Of a stretch of 64,000 nt of DNA, positions 1-9,939 are shown piece after piece. This DNA comes from Bacteroidia bacterium (GTDB lineage Bacteria > Bacteroidota > Bacteroidia > UKL13-3). Position 1 is the stretch's first letter. Each line of letters starts with the position of its first letter. The notes under the pieces are model-generated. The model worked only from the letters and a program-made list of their open reading frames with translations, searched no databases and was not told the origin of the DNA. The position numbers and the translations under genes were made by a program. The stretch spans positions 1,817 through 65,816 of the forward strand of contig JBILVK010000006.1 in NCBI GenBank assembly GCA_044370475.1. Direction: 5' to 3'.

Positions 1-2074
1 ATCGTTGGGTTAGGCTAAAATCAATATTAGAATAAGCAGCTACTTCTGTTTGATAAACCTCCTCATTGGCATCTAATGCAAAGCCAGGCAAGGCGCCATT
101 GTACTTACAAAATACGTTTAAATCTGTATGTGTGCTCAGGATTCTATATACGCCATTTACCCTAAATTCATTGGCATAATTAAAGGGTTCTACCTCCTTT
201 GTTAAACTTAATTGATTGAACCTACCCGTTAAACTATACCCTCCAGATAGCGTGACTTTTTTCCAAAAAAACTCCAGGTTTCCATAAATGCCTTTGGTCT
301 TATATTCATCAATATTGATATAGGTATACAATTGCGAATTAGGCTCAACCAGCGCCAAACTAATGAGGTTGCTAAGGTGATTGTAATATGCAGTTAATTC
401 TGCTTTTAAATTAAGTTTCGGTGTGGGTTTAAGCCAAGTGAGTCCGGCACTAAAATTATTAGAATGCTCTGCTTTTAAATCCTCATTTCCTTGAATGTTA
501 TGACTTACATCTACAAAAAACAAACTTAGCTCTTTTAGAGATGGCGCCCTAAATCCTCTTGAGTAAGAGCCCCTAAAAGCCAACTCACTTGTGATATCAA
601 ACTTCGCATTTAAGCTTGGAATAATGGGTGCGCCATACCTGGTATTATATATAAAACGAATACCTGGATTCACTTTTAACCTTGAGATCGGTTTTACTTC
701 TGCAATGTAAAATAAAGCATAATCGCCAATGGCTTGATAATCGCCTTTAAGTCTATCTCCACCGCCCATTTCGTAATTAAAATCATAGCCCAATTGCGAA
801 TTAAATTTGCCTCCATTTCTGGTAGACAAGGTTCCTCTCGACAATAACAATTTAAAGAAGGAAGTATCGTGATCGTCTTGCGCACTGCTTAAATCCTCGC
901 TACCATTGACCAAGTTTTTAATATAGGTGGTCTTCGATCTTTTATAGGTAGAATAAGAGTTAATGAGATTTAAGGTTGCCTTGCGGGGCAATAAAAAATC
1001 TGAGTATAAAGAATGGTTCCAACGTGTGGTAACAAAGTAAAAATCTACCCCTGTTGCAGAGGTTGGTGTTACTATGGCAGTGTTTCTATTGATAATGGTT
1101 TCGGTGAAATATTGTGAGGCCAATCTATGACTTTGCTTCTTCATTTTATACATGAGTTGGGCATCTCCAAAATACTGCTCTTTGGGCTTCCATTGTTTCC
1201 ATCTTTCAAACTCACCTTCACTTTCAGAATAGCCATCAAAGTAGTTTCTTCCAGCAGAACCACTTACTTGTAAATTGCGGTAAAAGGCACCAACATTAAC
1301 ATCTACATTATAGGTACCCACACTTTCGTAGTAAGAGTTAACACCCAATTTTAACAACTTGCTGCTGGGTCTTTTTGAGATTAAATTAATAACTCCTCCC
1401 AATGCATCTGTGCCATAGATTACGCTCATGGGACCTTCAATAATCTCCACCCGTTCAATACGCGATAAATTGATTTGGCTCAGGTCTATATTGCCATCCA
1501 TTCTACCAATAACGGGCACGCCATCTATGAGGATTTTAAGGTTTTGTCCGCCAATGCCCATCATGCTTATTTGCGAACCCAAAGCTCCGTCTTGTGAGAT
1601 GCGAATATTCAATTCATTGCTGAGCAAATCTTTGAGATTTACTGCTCCTTGTGCTTGTATTTTCTTTTGGTCAATTACACGTATGCGCTGAACCGATTTA
1701 TCGCTAGTAGTGGCCTCAAACTGTCCGGTAACAACGGTTTCGGAGAGCGTGGTCTGATTAGATTTGAGGGCATAGTGGCGTTTGCACGCTTGTAAAAGGG
1801 TATCGCGTTTAAAACTAAAACCCACTCGGGTAAGCAGTATTTGCGTTGGACCATCAATTTCGAAGGAAGCAATTCCTTTTGCATTGGTAAGTATGGTTCG
1901 CTCTTTCTGATTTTCCCGAATGGGTTTGCAAATAACTAAAGCATCTTCGAGGGGGTTCTTGTCTATGTCGGTAACCTGTATGGTAACCAATTGCTGTGCT
2001 TGGATAGGGGAATATAAAGCAATGATAATAACAAATATTGCTATCCAAATACCATATGAGAAGCTCCGCCTCAC
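1..2074 (-). CDS. TonB-dependent receptor (CarboxypepD_reg-like domain, plug and barrel); C-terminus cut by the window edge; probable heme or corrinoid-type receptor partnered with the upstream HmuY-like gene
   Basis: Absent from the ORF track because it has no in-window stop and a GTG start. My minus-strand translation from about 2074 reads (V/M)[27 protein letters not shown] (signal peptide). It continues [19 protein letters not shown] (carboxypeptidase-regulatory-like), then plug motifs [22 protein letters not shown] and [25 protein letters not shown]. A barrel motif [10 protein letters not shown] follows. The frame looked open in the stretches I spot-translated (about 2074 down to 1020); I did not translate positions 1-1020 codon by codon. 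Confidence 0.75.
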   Translation of the reverse strand, partial: [691 protein letters not shown]

Positions 2075-2084
2075 TGATGAACTT

Positions 2085-3359
2085 TTAGTTGATTACTAAT
2101 TTTTGAGTGGCACGGCTATTCGCTGTTTTCACCTCTACTACATAGATGCCTTGGTTCAGACCAGAAACATTGATGCTGTGTAAAATGGTATTTGATGCTG
2201 CTTGATTGGATTGCAATACCAATTGTCCGTTTAGGTTATAAACGTTTACCTCACTTGCTTCAGAATTTGCATCATACAACACGCTTACATTTTCTGTTGC
2301 TGGGTTAGGATAAATGGCCATTTCAATGCGTGAATTACTAATAGAATTTAACCCAGTTGCAGGAGTTAATTTGGTTTTGTTAAACACGGTAGTTCCTGTT
2401 GAAGAGCCAGCAAATCTAGTGAATTGCAGTTTCCAGAAAGCGCCATCTTTAGCTTTTACGAAATAGCAAAGTGAGTCGGCAATTTTAAAACTCATGCCAG
2501 CTAATACTTTCCAATCTGCACCAATTTCTGAAATATTATTGTTGGTATCTGCAATGAAATTTGTGAGCGTGGCATCTGCTACAGGTATGCCTCTTGCTTC
2601 TGCTACCTTTACGCCCGCATTGGTTAAGATTCCTGTTGATGGATAATACATGTTTGCACCTGCTTGAAAGGCTCTGTAACGTGTTAACATGAAATCCCAA
2701 TCTGTTTTGTTTGGTTCTCTATCAATCACCGAATTGCTGAGTAGGTTTACATAAATAAAATTTCTATTTGAGAATCCACCACTTTGCCCAAAGGTATAAT
2801 TGGTTTCGTTTGAGCCATCAATATTGGCAGTTCTGAGCGACCATGTACCTAAGGCTTTGCTAACAACAAATACTTTTTTGTAGCTGGTACCTGCTCCGTT
2901 ATTAACTGCTAAAAGGTATAATCTTTGTCCGATTACATTGTGGCTATTGGCATCATACATGCCCCAACCATAATCATCGTTACCAGAAGAACTGCTGTTT
3001 AGCGCACCCATTTCCCAATCGGTATCCGAATTTTCTAATACTTTCCAAGCTTTGTAACCAGTGGTATCAAAACTTGCCCATTTGCTGGTATCGGTACCAG
3101 GCATTTCGTAGGCAACCACAGAGCCCATTCCAGAAGAGGAAGTCGCAGCATTGGTTCGAACCGAAACATTGAAGACACCGATACTGAAGCCTAGTTGCCA
3201 TTCGTTATTGGGACTAACCTTAACAGTACCTGTTTTAAGACTATAAAAAACATCGTTTGCATAAGCTGGGCCGGTAAGTATAGAATCTTCTACTGTTTGG
3301 GCCTGAAGATTCAGCATTCCAAGAAAAAGTGCCACTGAAAATAATAAAGATTTTTTCAT
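2085..3359 (-). CDS. HmuY-like (heme-binding family) secreted protein with a T9SS C-terminal sorting domain
   Basis: Signal peptide MKKSLLFSVALFLGMLNLQAQ. Two HmuY-like blocks: FYSLKTG...EWQLGFS...VRTN and DWDFMLTRYR...GILTNAGVKV. The C-terminal roughly 80 aa (IYPNPATENVSVLY...VYNLNGQLV...GIYVVEVKT...QKLVIN) is a typical type-A T9SS CTD. It ends 10 nt upstream of the TonB receptor start. Confidence 0.55.
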   Translation of the reverse strand: MKKSLLFSVALFLGMLNLQAQTVEDSILTGPAYANDVFYSLKTGTVKVSPNNEWQLGFSIGVFNVSVRTNAATSSSGMGSVVAYEMPGTDTSKWASFDTTGYKAWKVLENSDTDWEMGALNSSSSGNDDYGWGMYDANSHNVIGQRLYLLAVNNGAGTSYKKVFVVSKALGTWSLRTANIDGSNETNYTFGQSGGFSNRNFIYVNLLSNSVIDREPNKTDWDFMLTRYRAFQAGANMYYPSTGILTNAGVKVAEARGIPVADATLTNFIADTNNNISEIGADWKVLAGMSFKIADSLCYFVKAKDGAFWKLQFTRFAGSSTGTTVFNKTKLTPATGLNSISNSRIEMAIYPNPATENVSVLYDANSEASEVNVYNLNGQLVLQSNQAASNTILHSINVSGLNQGIYVVEVKTANSRATQKLVIN

Positions 3360-3535
3360 TTTGTATTAAGTTTGAGCATACGAAACTAGAGCGAGTTTGG
3401 AAGTGAAAAAATGATAAAACCCCAAAATGGCTAATATGACAAATTAGTTACAAAACGAAAATGTTAGAATTACGTGAGTGCTTCTTTCCACTTACATAAT
3501 TTTTCATATATTGCCATTCAATCGCAATTATTTTT

Positions 3536-5128
3536 ATGGCAAATTTCTTTTACACAAAATCCTTACAAGACTTAATGAGGCACCATGATGGGTCGCAACT
3601 TAAGCGAACCTTAACTGCGGCAAATTTAGTGGCCTTAGGTGTGGGTGCAATTATTGGTGCAGGTCTATTTGTTAGAACGGCTGCGGCTTCTGCGGAGGCT
3701 GCAGGTGCGGCTGTTACCATGAGTTTTATTATTGCTGCTGTTGGCTGTGCTTTTGCAGGCATTTGTTATGCAGAGTTTGCAGCTATGATACCTATTGCAG
3801 GTAGCGCGTATGCGTATTCTTATGTAACCATGGGCGAGCTTGTGGCATGGATTATTGGTTGGGCGCTTATTATGGAATATGCACTTGGAGCGGCAACTGT
3901 GGCCATTGCGTGGAGCGAGTATTTAAATAATCTCCTGGGTGGGGCCATACCTTATGAGTTCTGTCATTCCCCCTTTGAGAGTATGAAAAAGGTAATAGGC
4001 CAAGAAAACATTGATCAAATATTGGCCATACATCCCAACTTGGCTGGCCAAGTGAAGAATGGTACTTTATTTTTGAGTGATGAAGTATATGAGCATTTAG
4101 CTTCAAACGTACAAGGCATTGTGCAAGTAACAAGTGGCTTAATTAACGCGCCAGCATTGGTTATTCTATTTTTATTAACCTTATTGCTTATTAAAGGAAC
4201 GCAAGAATCTGCTTTAGTAAATTCTGTCATCGTATTTATTAAGGTGGCTATCGTTTTGTTATTTATTGGTTTTGGATGGCAGTTTATAAATCCTGCAAAC
4301 CACGAACCTTTTATGATTCCTGCCGACACTATTGGGCATGAGGGATTCTTTAAACATGGCTGGGGCGGAGTATTAGGTGGTGCTGCCATTGTATTCTTTG
4401 CCTTCATTGGTTTTGATGCCGTAAGTACTGCTGCACAAGAGGCAAAAAATCCGGCCAGAGATATGCCTATAGGTATTCTGGGTTCTTTAGTTATTTGCAC
4501 CATTCTTTATATTTTATTTGGACATGTATTAACTGGTGTTGCCAATTGGGAAGAGTTTAAAACTGCGGGTAAGGAGGCTTCTGTTACCTACGCCATTAAG
4601 ACCTATATGAAAGGCTACGAATGGCTTGGAACAAGCGTTACTGTTGCAATTCTAGCGGGCTTCTCTTCTGTAATATTAGTTATGTTAATGGGTCAGAGCA
4701 GGGTTTTCTTTAGCATGAGTAAAGATGGCTTATTACCAAAAGCATTTCATGAATTGCATCCTAAATTTAAAACACCTTATAAAGCAAATTGGATACTTCT
4801 TTTCTTTGTGGGCGCTTTTGCGGCTTTTGTACCCGGTAGCATTGCGGGCGATTTAACCAGCTTTGGAACCTTATTTGCGTTTGTTTTGGTGTGCTTAGGA
4901 ATAATCATCATGCGTAAAAAAGAACCAGCACTTGTAAGGCCTTTTAAAACGCCTTTTGTTCCATTAATTCCTATCCTTGGCATGTTGGTTTGTGGTGCAA
5001 TGATTATTAGTTTGCCTATTCCTACCCTGATTAGTGCAGTAATTTGGTTGGCATTTGGATTGCTAATTTATTTTGGATACTCTGCTGCCAATGCGCGCAA
5101 AATGAGAGAAAACCTAACGAAGTATTAA
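3536..5128 (+). CDS. Amino acid permease, APC superfamily (cationic amino-acid transporter or YfnA-like)
   Basis: 530 aa and polytopic. N-terminal LKRTLTAANLVALGVGAIIGAGLFV motif typical of APC permeases, with about 12-14 hydrophobic segments. Confidence 0.85.
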   Translation: MANFFYTKSLQDLMRHHDGSQLKRTLTAANLVALGVGAIIGAGLFVRTAAASAEAAGAAVTMSFIIAAVGCAFAGICYAEFAAMIPIAGSAYAYSYVTMGELVAWIIGWALIMEYALGAATVAIAWSEYLNNLLGGAIPYEFCHSPFESMKKVIGQENIDQILAIHPNLAGQVKNGTLFLSDEVYEHLASNVQGIVQVTSGLINAPALVILFLLTLLLIKGTQESALVNSVIVFIKVAIVLLFIGFGWQFINPANHEPFMIPADTIGHEGFFKHGWGGVLGGAAIVFFAFIGFDAVSTAAQEAKNPARDMPIGILGSLVICTILYILFGHVLTGVANWEEFKTAGKEASVTYAIKTYMKGYEWLGTSVTVAILAGFSSVILVMLMGQSRVFFSMSKDGLLPKAFHELHPKFKTPYKANWILLFFVGAFAAFVPGSIAGDLTSFGTLFAFVLVCLGIIIMRKKEPALVRPFKTPFVPLIPILGMLVCGAMIISLPIPTLISAVIWLAFGLLIYFGYSAANARKMRENLTKY

Positions 5129-5164
5129 TTGAGGCAAGAGAAATTTTCTCTAAGCTGTTAAATG

Positions 5165-5207
5165 AAAAAAGAGGCTGTTTCATGGCATGAAACAGCCTCT
5201 TTTTTTT
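5165..5207. terminator. Bidirectional intrinsic terminator between convergent genes
   Basis: aaaaaa-GAGGCTGTTTCATG-g-CATGAAACAGCCTC-ttttttt. A perfect stem flanked by an A-run and a T-run. Confidence 0.6.
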
Positions 5208-5219
5208 ACCCTTATTTGA

Positions 5220-6134
5220 TTATGGTTTTAGCAAAAACTTTAAGGGAATAGCTACGCGTTGTTGCCAAGCTCTTTCATTGTGTTTAGCCCCTTCAAATCG
5301 TAGCGACATAAAATCTTTAGCGGAGCCATATCCGCTTTCTAAACACAATTCATCCATATAGTCTTGATGCTTTGCATACCAAGCATCTAAGGTCTCAGAG
5401 CCACAATCAAAATATATTTTATGCTGTTTAGGATTTGGCAACCTATGCGCATAATACTCTATGTATGTTCTTGCGGTGCGCTCATTGTTCTCTTTTAAAC
5501 TCACTGGCCAATGGGTAGATATACATGCAACTCCTTTAATCATATCAGAGTATTTACACAATCCATATAAACTAATTAACCCACCCATGCTTGAACCCAT
5601 CATAAAGGTACTTTTCATATCTCCTTTGGTGGGATAATTTTGGTCAATAAAAGGCTTCAATTCAGTAAAGATAAACTCTAGATAAGCATTAGAAATGGAA
5701 GTGCCTCCGCGTTCCCATTTTAACTTGGTCTGACTAGCAGTATCAAGCTTATCAAAAGCATCTTGCGGATTGTATTCTAAAAACCTTTTGGGGGTGTTCC
5801 AAATGCCAACAACTATGGTTTTTCTTATGAGTCCTAAGCGCAGCAAACTGTCCATGTTCTCATCTAAACGCCATTCCTCTCCACCAAAAGAAAAGCCAGG
5901 AATAAACAAATTTTGTCCATCATGAACGTATAAAACAGCATACTTAGTAGCACCACTGGCATCAAAATTGGAAGGCAACCAGACATCAATATTTCGGGCA
6001 TCTACCAAATTGCTTTTAAACTTCTCGTACCTTATTAAACGGCCAGTTAAATAGGCATCGCTTAATTCTTGTTGTGCCTGAACCAATCCATGCGACAGAT
6101 AAAAACAAATAAATAATAACTTAAGTACTTTCAT
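5220..6134 (-). CDS. Secreted esterase of the putative-esterase / alpha-beta hydrolase family
   Basis: Signal peptide; YAVLYVHDGQNLF block and nucleophile elbow GSSMGG. Similar in its core to the 33375-34793 product. Confidence 0.65.
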   Translation of the reverse strand: MKVLKLLFICFYLSHGLVQAQQELSDAYLTGRLIRYEKFKSNLVDARNIDVWLPSNFDASGATKYAVLYVHDGQNLFIPGFSFGGEEWRLDENMDSLLRLGLIRKTIVVGIWNTPKRFLEYNPQDAFDKLDTASQTKLKWERGGTSISNAYLEFIFTELKPFIDQNYPTKGDMKSTFMMGSSMGGLISLYGLCKYSDMIKGVACISTHWPVSLKENNERTARTYIEYYAHRLPNPKQHKIYFDCGSETLDAWYAKHQDYMDELCLESGYGSAKDFMSLRFEGAKHNERAWQQRVAIPLKFLLKP

Positions 6135-6188
6135 TACAGCAAAGGTGGGGCAATAAAATTGAATATAAAAATAGGTTAAGAAGCAAAG

Positions 6189-6920
6189 TTAATCTGTAAA
6201 GATTTCATGCAACACTGCAGGCGATTTTAAATCGCCAAAAACCATCAAATGAAGTTGATAATAACGCACCATTTTAGCGAGTAAACTTCTGCGCGCAATT
6301 TGCGAAAATTTCTTGTCGTTAAAATCATCAAAACCCATGTTCATAAAGGCATGTAAGGCAAACCCTAATTCTCCTTTACAATAATCTTGTGTTTGAGGCG
6401 AATCCTTAATAAATATGCCCTCTGCCATGCTAAAGTCGCACTGTTCTAATGAATAATTATTCTTAGGAAAAAACCCCAAATATTTACTCAATTGAACCAT
6501 AAAAAAAACAGGGAAATTGGCTAAACTTCCTTCATATAAATCTACAATTTGAACCGCGTTAAAAATAAACTCAAACAACTGCGAATCCTGCTGATTATCG
6601 TCGCGTAAACTCTTAGAAAGCAATTCTGCCATAAACATGGCTAAAGTCTGTTTTGTTAAATCAAAATGCAGCTCATTTAAAATGGGTAAGCTCTTTAATT
6701 CTTTTATTCTTTGTAAGTTCTTACTCTGTTGATGGTAAACTTCAAGCTCTAACAAACTCAATGGCAGCAGGTGACTTGGCTTAATAGCAGCCTTCTTTCC
6801 ACGCAAACCACTCACCATATAGCTTTGCAAACCATATACATCGGTATAGCATTTGAGCACCACACTCGATTCCGAATAAGGAATGGTACCAATAACAATG
6901 CCTCTGCATTTAGCAAGCAT
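6189..6920 (-). CDS. recO: DNA repair protein RecO
   Basis: 243 aa. The N-terminal OB-fold pattern GIVIGTIPYSESSVVLKCYTDVYGLQSYMVSGLRGKK is typical of RecO. Confidence 0.8.
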   Translation of the reverse strand: MLAKCRGIVIGTIPYSESSVVLKCYTDVYGLQSYMVSGLRGKKAAIKPSHLLPLSLLELEVYHQQSKNLQRIKELKSLPILNELHFDLTKQTLAMFMAELLSKSLRDDNQQDSQLFEFIFNAVQIVDLYEGSLANFPVFFMVQLSKYLGFFPKNNYSLEQCDFSMAEGIFIKDSPQTQDYCKGELGFALHAFMNMGFDDFNDKKFSQIARRSLLAKMVRYYQLHLMVFGDLKSPAVLHEIFTD

Positions 6921-6924
6921 GCTT

Positions 6925-7197
6925 TTACCTTGAATTATGAGCTATTAAACCCTCTTTGGTGGCCAAATAAGAATAAGCGTGCATGTTATCAGAATCGTAA
7001 ATAAAACTACGCAAATAATCCTGCTTTTCGTCATCCCATTTCATGGCTACAACCATTTTCTTATGAATCAAAGTTTTTAAAGTATCACCTACAATTGCAG
7101 GTGTATAGGAAACTTCCTCCAATATTTTCTCAAACGGCTCCACAAAATACAAGCAGTTTAATATGTCAAATTCTAAATCGTCTATTTCTGGTATCAT
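6925..7197 (-). CDS. Small hypothetical protein, translationally coupled to the upstream glycosyltransferase
   Basis: The track ORF begins at a TTG at 7242. An ATG at 7197 (MIPEIDDLEFDILN...) forms an ATGA overlap with the GT2 stop at 7194-7196. No recognisable family. Confidence 0.4.
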   Translation of the reverse strand: MIPEIDDLEFDILNCLYFVEPFEKILEEVSYTPAIVGDTLKTLIHKKMVVAMKWDDEKQDYLRSFIYDSDNMHAYSYLATKEGLIAHNSR

Positions 7198-8327
7198 GAT
7201 AATTCTCTTTCTTTCCAAGTATAGGTTTTTATGTTTGCCCAAATGCCTATCACAATTACATAAATAATATGAAAGGGCTGAACCAATGGCAGCAACAAAA
7301 GCAATTGGGTCTCCCTAAAAAACCTTAAAACAACACCCAACATGAGTCCTTCTGCCAACATTTTAACTCCAAATTGAACCCCTAAAATCTGCCAAAATTG
7401 AGGGTCCCAAAAGCCCAAAATTAAATTGATAGGCATGCTTAAATTATAAAAATATGCACCTACTAAAATAGCAGTAATAAACCTGTTTTCGTACTTGGTA
7501 CTTTTAGACACCCATCTCCTTCTTTGTTGCGCAAGCGCACTAATGGTGGCATTGGGCGAGGTGCTTACTACTGCCCTAAAGTCTTTTAAAAAGGCTACTT
7601 CATTGGGCACTTCTTTAAATACTTTATGCAATAAATACTCATCGTCGCCACTGGCAATATGTTCATTGCCTGTATATCCTTCCACTTGTTCAAAAATAGA
7701 TTTAGTGAAAATCAAATTTGCTGCGCTGCACATATTAGGGTTCTTTAATTGAATAGCTGCGCCACCAATGCCAACTAAACCGGCAAACTCGAGCGACTGT
7801 GCCTTTTCAAAGAAATTGCCTGAACCAAAAAACACCGGGGCATATATAAATTGGACCTCTTGCTTTTGAATAAATTCATCGATGGCCATTAACCACTTTT
7901 CACCTCTGGTACAATCGGCATCTGTTAATACAATATAAGGATGATTAGCCAGTGAAACAGCATTGGTAATGCTATCTTTTTTACCTGCTATATTAAAGTC
8001 GTTGGCAGTAATGAGTCGTAAATTTGCTTGAGGATATTGTTGCTGAATTTGTTTCACCAAGCCACTTGTATTGTCTGTAGAATGATCGTCTAATACCAGC
8101 ACTTCAATTAGCTGTGCAGGATAATCTTGATTAAGTATTCCTTTGATGCATTCTTCAATATATAGGGCTTCATTTCTGGCTGGCACCAATATGGAGAATG
8201 CGTGCTTTGGTTCAGACCGAACAGAAGGTTTTTGATTGGGTATAAGGAGCCACCCCATAAAATAAATGAGGATGAGAAAGGCATATCCCAAGGCCAATAA
8301 ATAGCAAAATATTTCCCAATAACTCAT
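7194..8327 (-). CDS. Family 2 glycosyltransferase, membrane-bound
   Basis: FSILVPARNE, VLDDHSTD and TDADC motifs (GT-A DxD type), a QQRRRW-like motif, and N- and C-terminal TM segments. Confidence 0.8.
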   Translation of the reverse strand: MSYWEIFCYLLALGYAFLILIYFMGWLLIPNQKPSVRSEPKHAFSILVPARNEALYIEECIKGILNQDYPAQLIEVLVLDDHSTDNTSGLVKQIQQQYPQANLRLITANDFNIAGKKDSITNAVSLANHPYIVLTDADCTRGEKWLMAIDEFIQKQEVQFIYAPVFFGSGNFFEKAQSLEFAGLVGIGGAAIQLKNPNMCSAANLIFTKSIFEQVEGYTGNEHIASGDDEYLLHKVFKEVPNEVAFLKDFRAVVSTSPNATISALAQQRRRWVSKSTKYENRFITAILVGAYFYNLSMPINLILGFWDPQFWQILGVQFGVKMLAEGLMLGVVLRFFRETQLLLLLPLVQPFHIIYVIVIGIWANIKTYTWKERELS

Positions 8328-9268
8328 GTGCGAACTTTATAAATAAAATACATGCCTAGCATGGCTGGAAACAACATATTTACCATCCATAAACTATAGG
8401 CAGATAACAAAATGCCTTCGTGGTTATTGCTAAACAGGGTGAAAAACATCAATGCACTGGCGCCTCTGAGTCCTATCTCTAATAGCAAGAAAGAGGGCAC
8501 AACAGATTGCACGCAAAAGGTTCCTATGATACATGCAAAGGCCGCTTCTAAAGGCAATTCCACTTGAAAAAAATGCAACAGCAAAAAATACTGGAGCAAA
8601 AACACCGTATACCTTACAAAGGAAAGGGCAAGAATATAGAGGAGTTTTTGGGTGTTAAATTCGCCAAAAACATCTACGTATTTTTCAAATTTTTGAACCC
8701 ATTTCAGGTGCTTAAGTTTGGCGTAAATCCAACCTAACTTTAAATAAGCTGCAATAAACAAGCCCACTAAAACTAAACTCAATGGCAGAATAAATCCTTG
8801 CGTTACCAAAGTGCCCGTGAAATATAAAAGCGAAAACAAACCAAAAAACAAGGTCACAATCACCTGGGCGGTATGGCCAATAACTGTAACCAATGAACCC
8901 CTAAACTTATTCATCACCTCGAGGTGAATAACCCTGCCTGCAAAATCACCAATTTGGTTAGGCGTAATTACGCTCAAGGTTACGCCAGAAAAAACGGCCT
9001 TCACCGAGGTACTAAAATCTATGGGTTCAAAATTATCAATTAAAAATTTCCATTTCACAGATTCTAAGCCCCAATTCACAAACATCAAAAGAATTGCTGC
9101 TGCCAAAAAGTACCAAGCCCCTACATCTCTGGACAAATTATACTTCTCAAAAAGCGAATTAATGTGGTAGGCATAAAATAGTTTATACACTATAAATCCT
9201 GTTACTACCAACAGCAGAAGCACTTTGAGCGTTTTTATTACAGCTTTATATGTATGGGTTTGAAACAA
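8324..9268 (-). CDS. Lysylphosphatidylglycerol-synthase-TM-region-like (UPF0104, flippase-like) membrane protein
   Basis: 314 aa and polytopic. It overlaps the downstream GT2 start by 4 nt. GT2 plus UPF0104 is a recurrent gene pairing. Confidence 0.55.
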   Translation of the reverse strand: MFQTHTYKAVIKTLKVLLLLVVTGFIVYKLFYAYHINSLFEKYNLSRDVGAWYFLAAAILLMFVNWGLESVKWKFLIDNFEPIDFSTSVKAVFSGVTLSVITPNQIGDFAGRVIHLEVMNKFRGSLVTVIGHTAQVIVTLFFGLFSLLYFTGTLVTQGFILPLSLVLVGLFIAAYLKLGWIYAKLKHLKWVQKFEKYVDVFGEFNTQKLLYILALSFVRYTVFLLQYFLLLHFFQVELPLEAAFACIIGTFCVQSVVPSFLLLEIGLRGASALMFFTLFSNNHEGILLSAYSLWMVNMLFPAMLGMYFIYKVRT

Positions 9269-9330
9269 AGGATTACATTAACTATGTTTGACAAAATAAC
9301 GCATACCAAACTCCTAAACCAAATTCGATT

Positions 9331-9939
9331 TTGAATAAACCCAAAACTGTTAAAGAAAGAATCATTCTGGGAATCGATCCGGGTACCACCATCATGGGCT
9401 ATGGCATCATTCATACGTTTGGTAAAAGGGCAGAAGTGGTTACGCTTGGAGTGCTTAAATTGGATAAGTATGCCGACTATGCCATGAAGCTTAAAAAAAT
9501 CTTTGAGAGAACGGTTGGACTCATAGATGAATTTCACCCAGATGAATTAGCCATTGAGGCGCCTTTTTTTGGAAAGAACGTGCAAAGTATGCTTAAGCTG
9601 GGCAGAGCGCAAGGAGTGGCCATTGCAGCAGCTATGAGCAGAGAATTAACCGTCAATGAATATGCGCCTAAAAAAATAAAATTGGCCGTAACAGGTAATG
9701 GAAATGCAAGCAAAGAACAGGTGGCAAGCCTCCTGCAAAAACAGCTTAACTTTGAATTCGACAAGCAATATTATGACGCAACAGATGGACTAGCTGCGGC
9801 CTATTGTCATTTTACGCAAAACGACATAATCCCAGCAGCAGCAAGCAAGCCCAGTAAAATTCCAGCAAAGAAAAAAGCCTCCTCATGGGAAGCTTTTGTC
9901 AATAATAATCCAGATAAAATAAAGAAAAAACTTAGCTAG
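9331..9939 (+). CDS. ruvC: Crossover junction endodeoxyribonuclease RuvC
   Basis: ILGIDPGTTIMGYGII catalytic N-terminus and ATDGLAAAYCH near the C-terminal catalytic Asp. Apparent TTG start, with no in-frame ATG upstream of the catalytic motif. Lys-rich tail. Confidence 0.85.
   Translation: MNKPKTVKERIILGIDPGTTIMGYGIIHTFGKRAEVVTLGVLKLDKYADYAMKLKKIFERTVGLIDEFHPDELAIEAPFFGKNVQSMLKLGRAQGVAIAAAMSRELTVNEYAPKKIKLAVTGNGNASKEQVASLLQKQLNFEFDKQYYDATDGLAAAYCHFTQNDIIPAAASKPSKIPAKKKASSWEAFVNNNPDKIKKKLS

Noticed and set aside
4015-4503. 162-aa minus-strand ORF, plus neighbours at 3550-3762, 3870-4133 and 4777-4983.
   Set aside because: They are antisense to the well-supported amino acid permease gene and have no motifs. 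Such antisense open frames are typical opposite hydrophobic membrane-protein genes.
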